Shown in pieces: positions 59,728 through 64,000 of a stretch of DNA of 64,000 nucleotides. The stretch covers positions 25,384 through 89,383 of IMG/VR virus record IMGVR_UViG_3300021387_000143. One strand, written 5' to 3'. This DNA comes from a virus. Taxonomy: Duplodnaviria > Caudoviricetes. Under the pieces are notes generated by a model. It saw nothing but the letters and a program-made list of their open reading frames with translations, ran no database searches and was not told where the DNA came from. A program made the position numbers and the translations under genes. Each line of letters starts with the position of its first letter. The first letter of the stretch is position 1.

Positions 59728-60853
59728 TTTCTAAATACATTAAAGTTTGTGTAATTAATCTATCTACGGTATCTTTATCATTATTAGCAACGAGTTCACT
59801 AAAATCTTTGGCATTATATTTATGATTAATTAATATAGGTTTTATCCCATAAGTTTTACGAAGCCAAAGTGCTTCAAGTTTACCAGTTCTATCATTATCC
59901 ATAAGAGATAATATAACTCCTTGTTTAGATAGTTTACTAGTAAGCCAATCATACTCGTTATGTCTTAAATGATATGTTTCATGTGGAATATTAATAACTC
60001 CAATGTTGCCTACATTAATTCCCCCGTAGAGGGAAATGTATCGCTTAACAGCACAACCTATTGCAATTCTATCTTTTGTAGATTTAGTAATAATGATACA
60101 GTCATAATCATTTCTTTCAAGCTGATAAATTCCTTCAAGATGATTACAATTACACATAAATTTAGTATAACCTTTATCTCTTTTAGGAAAATACAACTTG
60201 ATATTACTAATTCCATTTCTATCTCTACCTAATAAATAACCGTAACATGGATCTTTAACATCATAATAATATTTAGGTTTAGGATTTATTTTTCTATTCA
60301 CATAGAATTGGTCAACAGGATATACAAAATTGATATTTAAATCCTTTAGTCCTATACCAAATTGTTTCCAATATTTTATATCATCATTGTTCCAATCCCT
60401 AGTTACTAGTTCTATTATATTCTTTTTATTTTTAATAGAATCAATAGAAGTGTTTATTTCGTTTATGAGATTTACATCTCTTTCTTTGCCATAAAATATA
60501 TCTTTAAAAACTCGAGTTATATGGGTTAAAACTCCTATAAAATCTTTTTTATCAGAAACATCTATTTTTTTATCTGTTATATTACTAATTACATAAGCTA
60601 CTAAATCAAAACAATCTCCCCAAAAATATCCAGCAAAATCTCTAAATTTAAGCTTACCTTTTTTATCATATCTAAATCCACAAGTTGGATGAGCATCAAT
60701 TCTTAATGGAGAACGAATTAACTCACCTGTTTCTATACAATGTTGAATTATAGAATCAGATATTCCAAGATAAGTACTAAAAATAGTTATTTGACTGACT
60801 TTAGAAAGAACATATTGTTTTGTTAATTTACCACTATTTATGTTTCTTCCCAT
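59666..60853 (-). CDS. dnaG: DnaG-like primase
   Basis: SPLRIDAHPTCGF, FRDFAG...GDCFD, TOPRIM-like IITKSTKD and MDNDRTG; ATG at 60853. Confidence 0.8.
   Translation of the reverse strand: MGRNINSGKLTKQYVLSKVSQITIFSTYLGISDSIIQHCIETGELIRSPLRIDAHPTCGFRYDKKGKLKFRDFAGYFWGDCFDLVAYVISNITDKKIDVSDKKDFIGVLTHITRVFKDIFYGKERDVNLINEINTSIDSIKNKKNIIELVTRDWNNDDIKYWKQFGIGLKDLNINFVYPVDQFYVNRKINPKPKYYYDVKDPCYGYLLGRDRNGISNIKLYFPKRDKGYTKFMCNCNHLEGIYQLERNDYDCIIITKSTKDRIAIGCAVKRYISLYGGINVGNIGVINIPHETYHLRHNEYDWLTSKLSKQGVILSLMDNDRTGKLEALWLRKTYGIKPILINHKYNAKDFSELVANNDKDTVDRLITQTLMYLENVKVQYLKYEEENNTLPYWN
60020..60035 (-). repeat. Dispersed motif copy (TTCCCTCTACGGGGGA on -)
   Basis: Inside primase; encodes SLYGG. Confidence 0.9.
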
Positions 60854-60857
60854 ATAC

Positions 60858-60900
60858 AAAAATAGCCTAGAGTTATAGAATATTCTACAACTCCAGGCTA
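60858..60900 (-). terminator. Hairpin plus U-tract between the SSB-like gene and primase
   Basis: TAGCCT-A-GAGTT-A-TAGAA / TTCTA-C-AACTC-C-AGGCTA, with A5 at 60858-60862 (U-tract on -). Confidence 0.7.
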
Positions 60901-60912
60901 ATTATAAAGAGT

Positions 60913-61845
60913 TTAGAATGGCATTTCTTCAGCAGCTTCCATTCCAATTCCTCCCATATCCTCAAATCCTTGAGCCATTGGGTCAGAAACTGGAACTCCA
61001 CCCATAGCATTGAAGCCTCCACCAACTTGTACACCAACATTTGGAGTCTTAGCCTCTTCAATCTGCTTAGGCTGAATACTTTCAGTAAGAACATTAACAC
61101 GAAGAGCAGGCATTGTATTAGCCTTATAAAGCTCAATACATCCTTCACCGACAATAGCGGGAAAACCTAAATCTCCGTTGTTACCAACATTCTTCCATTT
61201 AGCATTACGACCTTTTCCAGTCTTAATATGACGAAGAAGCTTCATCCAAATAGTCTTAGGCTTACCATTAGCATCTTGATAAATGGGCTTACCATTACTA
61301 CCTGTAGTAATAAGAGTGTAAACATTCTCAAAGAACTCCTTCCAACCAGCAACTACAGTTTCTGGGTCTACTTGTACATACTGACCATCGTCATCAGTAT
61401 CATCAAAAGGCAAAGCAAGAACATCAAGTTGTTCCTCTGTAACTGTAGGAAGATAAGTTACAATAATATGCTTTAACCAATTAAATACTGAATCTACAGC
61501 CCATGCTTTACTTCCTCCAGGAATAGTTTCAATATTACTTTCTTGAGCTTGGAACTGAAGAGTTACAAACTTACGCTTTGCAACTTCAGGTTCGTTACTT
61601 GCAAAAGTAAATAAAAGACGAGGGATTTCAAGACCATTAAAGCTAGGCATACCAGTGGTATCTTCACCAATCTTGATATTCTTAAGCTCAACACTATCAA
61701 GATGACCAAGAAACAAACCATTTCCTTTAGCATCTTTGTGGTCAAACTTAAGACGATTAGTACCACGAGCATTACCTAGACCTCTACGGTTCTTTTTAGC
61801 AACAGGTTGCGCAGTTGTTGCTTCATTCTTAATTTCTTCTGCCAT
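60913..61845 (-). CDS. Putative single-stranded DNA-binding protein
   Basis: 310 aa; Gly-rich flexible tail ending in acidic-aromatic EEMPF; upstream of primase; highly biased codons. Confidence 0.55.
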   Translation of the reverse strand: MAEEIKNEATTAQPVAKKNRRGLGNARGTNRLKFDHKDAKGNGLFLGHLDSVELKNIKIGEDTTGMPSFNGLEIPRLLFTFASNEPEVAKRKFVTLQFQAQESNIETIPGGSKAWAVDSVFNWLKHIIVTYLPTVTEEQLDVLALPFDDTDDDGQYVQVDPETVVAGWKEFFENVYTLITTGSNGKPIYQDANGKPKTIWMKLLRHIKTGKGRNAKWKNVGNNGDLGFPAIVGEGCIELYKANTMPALRVNVLTESIQPKQIEEAKTPNVGVQVGGGFNAMGGVPVSDPMAQGFEDMGGIGMEAAEEMPF

Positions 61846-61884
61846 TTTTAAAAGCTTTTTAAAATGTTAAATAATAGGGATAAT

Positions 61885-61924
61885 AAAAGGTGTGATAGAG
61901 TTAATTTCTCATACCACACCTTTT
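61885..61924 (-). terminator. Probable terminator
   Basis: AAAAGGTGTG / CACACCTTTT stem with an extended inner stem. Confidence 0.7.
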
Positions 61925-61958
61925 AAAAAATCTATCTTTGTATTATGAACGAGATAAA

Positions 61959-62753
61959 TTACTCAGCATCCTTGCCACCACGAACGATAGGAGCCTCATC
62001 CTTCGAAGCACCGAGAGCATAAGCAACAACAGTTACATCCTCGTAACCATTGCTTATTTCCATCTGATAAGGCTCACTAAGGTCAATCTCGAAAATACGA
62101 TTGACACTTTCCTTATCGTCAAGGTCTTCTTTAAGCTGGTTCCAAACATTGCTATCAGTACCAGTAAGAGCAGCACCAATACCAGTAAGCTTACTATTGT
62201 TAGCCAACTTGCAGCCCTGATACTTCTTAATCTCCTTCGGCATTACAAAGTTCGACAGAATGTCAATCTGCTCTTCTTTAGTGATACCCTCACGAGTAAG
62301 AGAAGCAACAGTCTCCTCATCAGCACCCTCAAGAGCTGCATTGTACATAGCGTCAAAATTCTGAGTAGCATAAGTAACCTTATCCTTCTTAGTAAGACGC
62401 TCGCTAGTAGTCTGATAATTGCCCTTACCATCCTTCAGAACAATACCCTTAGCAACAAACCACTGGTCAAATGCCTTATGAATAGCAATAGCTGCCTCAG
62501 GAGTACCAAACTCAAGTTCATGCTCTTCGCAATAAGCAACAAGATTAGGGTCATTGTTACGAATTGCAGCCTCAACACCATCAATAGTATTAAGGAACAT
62601 CATGTAATCACCATGAGCACAAGACAGAGCACGGCTCACAGGAGCGGTCATACGAAAACCACCATTAGTACTTGTTGCAATGATAGCGGGAGCAACCTCA
62701 ACATTACGCTGACCAGCATTCACGGCGTTAACGCCAAACATAACTTTCTTCAT
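61959..62753 (-). CDS. Conserved highly expressed hypothetical protein of the replication module
   Basis: 264 aa; strongest codon bias in the window. Confidence 0.75.
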   Translation of the reverse strand: MKKVMFGVNAVNAGQRNVEVAPAIIATSTNGGFRMTAPVSRALSCAHGDYMMFLNTIDGVEAAIRNNDPNLVAYCEEHELEFGTPEAAIAIHKAFDQWFVAKGIVLKDGKGNYQTTSERLTKKDKVTYATQNFDAMYNAALEGADEETVASLTREGITKEEQIDILSNFVMPKEIKKYQGCKLANNSKLTGIGAALTGTDSNVWNQLKEDLDDKESVNRIFEIDLSEPYQMEISNGYEDVTVVAYALGASKDEAPIVRGGKDAE

Positions 62754-62811
62754 TGTTTTGAAAATTTTGATAGTTAAACATTAATGTTTTAATAACTAAA
62801 TAATTAGTTTA

Positions 62812-63786
62812 CTAATTTATTTCTGATGCTTCAATATCAACAATATCAGCATCATTTAATTCTTTGCCTGCGACAACCTTCAATTCAGTAGTTTCCATAA
62901 CACCAAATAAGACGTCGCTAGCAATTTCTCTAGCACCATAGGTGAAAGCTCTATGACCAATCATAACTCTAGGATATTTAGCATAAGTATCCTTAGAGAA
63001 CATATCAGCTTGTTGAGCTTCACTATATGAGAAATGACCATACGCAATCACATTCCTTCCATTAACCATTCTTTCAAATTTGTATTCATCTACAAAATCT
63101 ACTGGTTTACTAGGAATACGATATACGGCAATTTTTCCACTATTGGAAATTTCAGCAATTTGTTGCCGAGTAACTGCAATACCAAATTTAGAAGAACTTA
63201 GTTGATACTCTTTATAAAGATTACCTTTAAAATCTTGATACCACTTTACAGGATATACATAAATATCTTCACGTTCTTCAGATGCTGCCTTTTCATTAGC
63301 TTCTCTAGCACTTTTAGCATCTCGGCACTTATGAACATAATCGGGAAGACTTCCATCAAGAAAAACATTGAAGCCGTCTGTATATTCATACAGAGGAGCA
63401 TAATCTTTAGTGTGTTCCCAAATTACTCCTGCCCTCGACAACAAAGCTTTTATAACATGAATATCAACTCCAGTTTTACCATTAATAACATGTACGTGTT
63501 CAATACAAGTTGAGAAAGGAAGATTTAAATCCTTTGCTCGCATCATTATTGCAAATCCATCTTCAACTGTTTTAATACCACCCTTTTCACTTCTCATAAT
63601 TCTCTTGAGAAATGACTCAGCAGCAGCAAGTTGTTCAGGATTAAACAAATCAATTGAACTCATACCATTATCAACAATAACAGAAGCTTTATGCTCATGT
63701 TTTACAATAGAAGAAGATTTACTAGTTTGTTCATTAGTGCCATCATTAATTTGATTAGCACTTTGTTCTTCTTTTATCTCATTCAT
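62812..63786 (-). CDS. RecT/Red-beta-like single-strand annealing protein
   Basis: HVHVINGK N-terminal segment and KDTYAKYPRVMIGHRAFTYGAREIASDVLFG C-terminal signature. Confidence 0.65.
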   Translation of the reverse strand: MNEIKEEQSANQINDGTNEQTSKSSSIVKHEHKASVIVDNGMSSIDLFNPEQLAAAESFLKRIMRSEKGGIKTVEDGFAIMMRAKDLNLPFSTCIEHVHVINGKTGVDIHVIKALLSRAGVIWEHTKDYAPLYEYTDGFNVFLDGSLPDYVHKCRDAKSAREANEKAASEEREDIYVYPVKWYQDFKGNLYKEYQLSSSKFGIAVTRQQIAEISNSGKIAVYRIPSKPVDFVDEYKFERMVNGRNVIAYGHFSYSEAQQADMFSKDTYAKYPRVMIGHRAFTYGAREIASDVLFGVMETTELKVVAGKELNDADIVDIEASEIN

Positions 63787-63813
63787 AATGTCAAGGAACT
63801 TTTAATTACACTG

Positions 63814-63844
63814 CAAATATAACACATAGTTTTTAACCTACAAA
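63814..63844 (-). promoter_or_regulatory. Bacteroidota primary-sigma promoter
   Basis: On -: TTTG-N19-TATATTTG, an exact match to the -33/-7 consensus, 27 nt upstream of the RecT-like ATG. Confidence 0.85.
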
Positions 63845-64000
63845 ATTATTTGGTTACTATTTTCGTCAAACACTGCATTTTTTTCTTGTTCATTATGTAG
63901 TGTTAAAAAAGGTATTGTTTGCAGATTCTTTATGTTATTTTCTTCTATCGTATCACTACTATATATATAATACACTTTATTCGGAATACCATTTATTTTA

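Noticed and set aside
7343-60035. CRISPR array or REP cluster as the explanation for the dispersed motif
   Set aside because: Copies are kilobases apart, in both orientations and mostly inside CDSs, with no regular spacers and no cas or transposase gene.
61938-62777. 279-aa + strand ORF overlapping 61959..62753
   Set aside because: Antisense shadow of the most codon-biased gene; composition is not protein-like.
1-64000. Stop-codon reassignment (TAG to Gln or TGA to Trp), known in some Crassvirales
   Set aside because: Genes up to 4521 aa are intact under the standard code, and TAG and TGA end ordinary genes. The only split found is a frameshift. No suppressor tRNA was seen.

Overview
A 64-kb slice of an AT-rich crAss-like (Crassvirales) phage genome, probably infecting Bacteroidota and using the standard genetic code. 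The + strand (1-49.9 kb) carries virion genes: major capsid protein, ring/hub-like proteins, a variable tail-fibre/accessory region (~7-16 kb), a muzzle-like protein, cargo/ejection proteins, a 2648-aa protein with zincin and PD-(D/E)xK motifs, and a 4521-aa virion RNA polymerase (DFDVD). A bidirectional terminator at ~49.95 kb separates this from a convergent - strand replication/nucleotide module: dUTPase, DUF932, Gp157-like, ThyX, dNMP kinase, ATP-dependent ligase, primase, SSB-like and RecT-like genes, downstream of a consensus Bacteroidota promoter. The most striking unexplained signal is a GC-rich ~16-bp quasi-palindromic motif, consensus (T/C)TCCCTCTACGGG(G/C)AG. I found 14 copies by eye, on both strands, inside unrelated genes in different reading frames, plus an inverted pair in one intergenic spacer. 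Also notable: a tail-fibre gene frameshifted in an A8 tract next to a G9 tract (candidate phase variation), three pairs of small genes sharing only N-terminal leaders, a terminator-bounded moron-like cassette, and a repeated GG[KR] motif in cargo proteins. Family assignments come from motif recognition and synteny, not database searches. No tRNA, CRISPR array, intron, intein or reverse transcriptase was seen.
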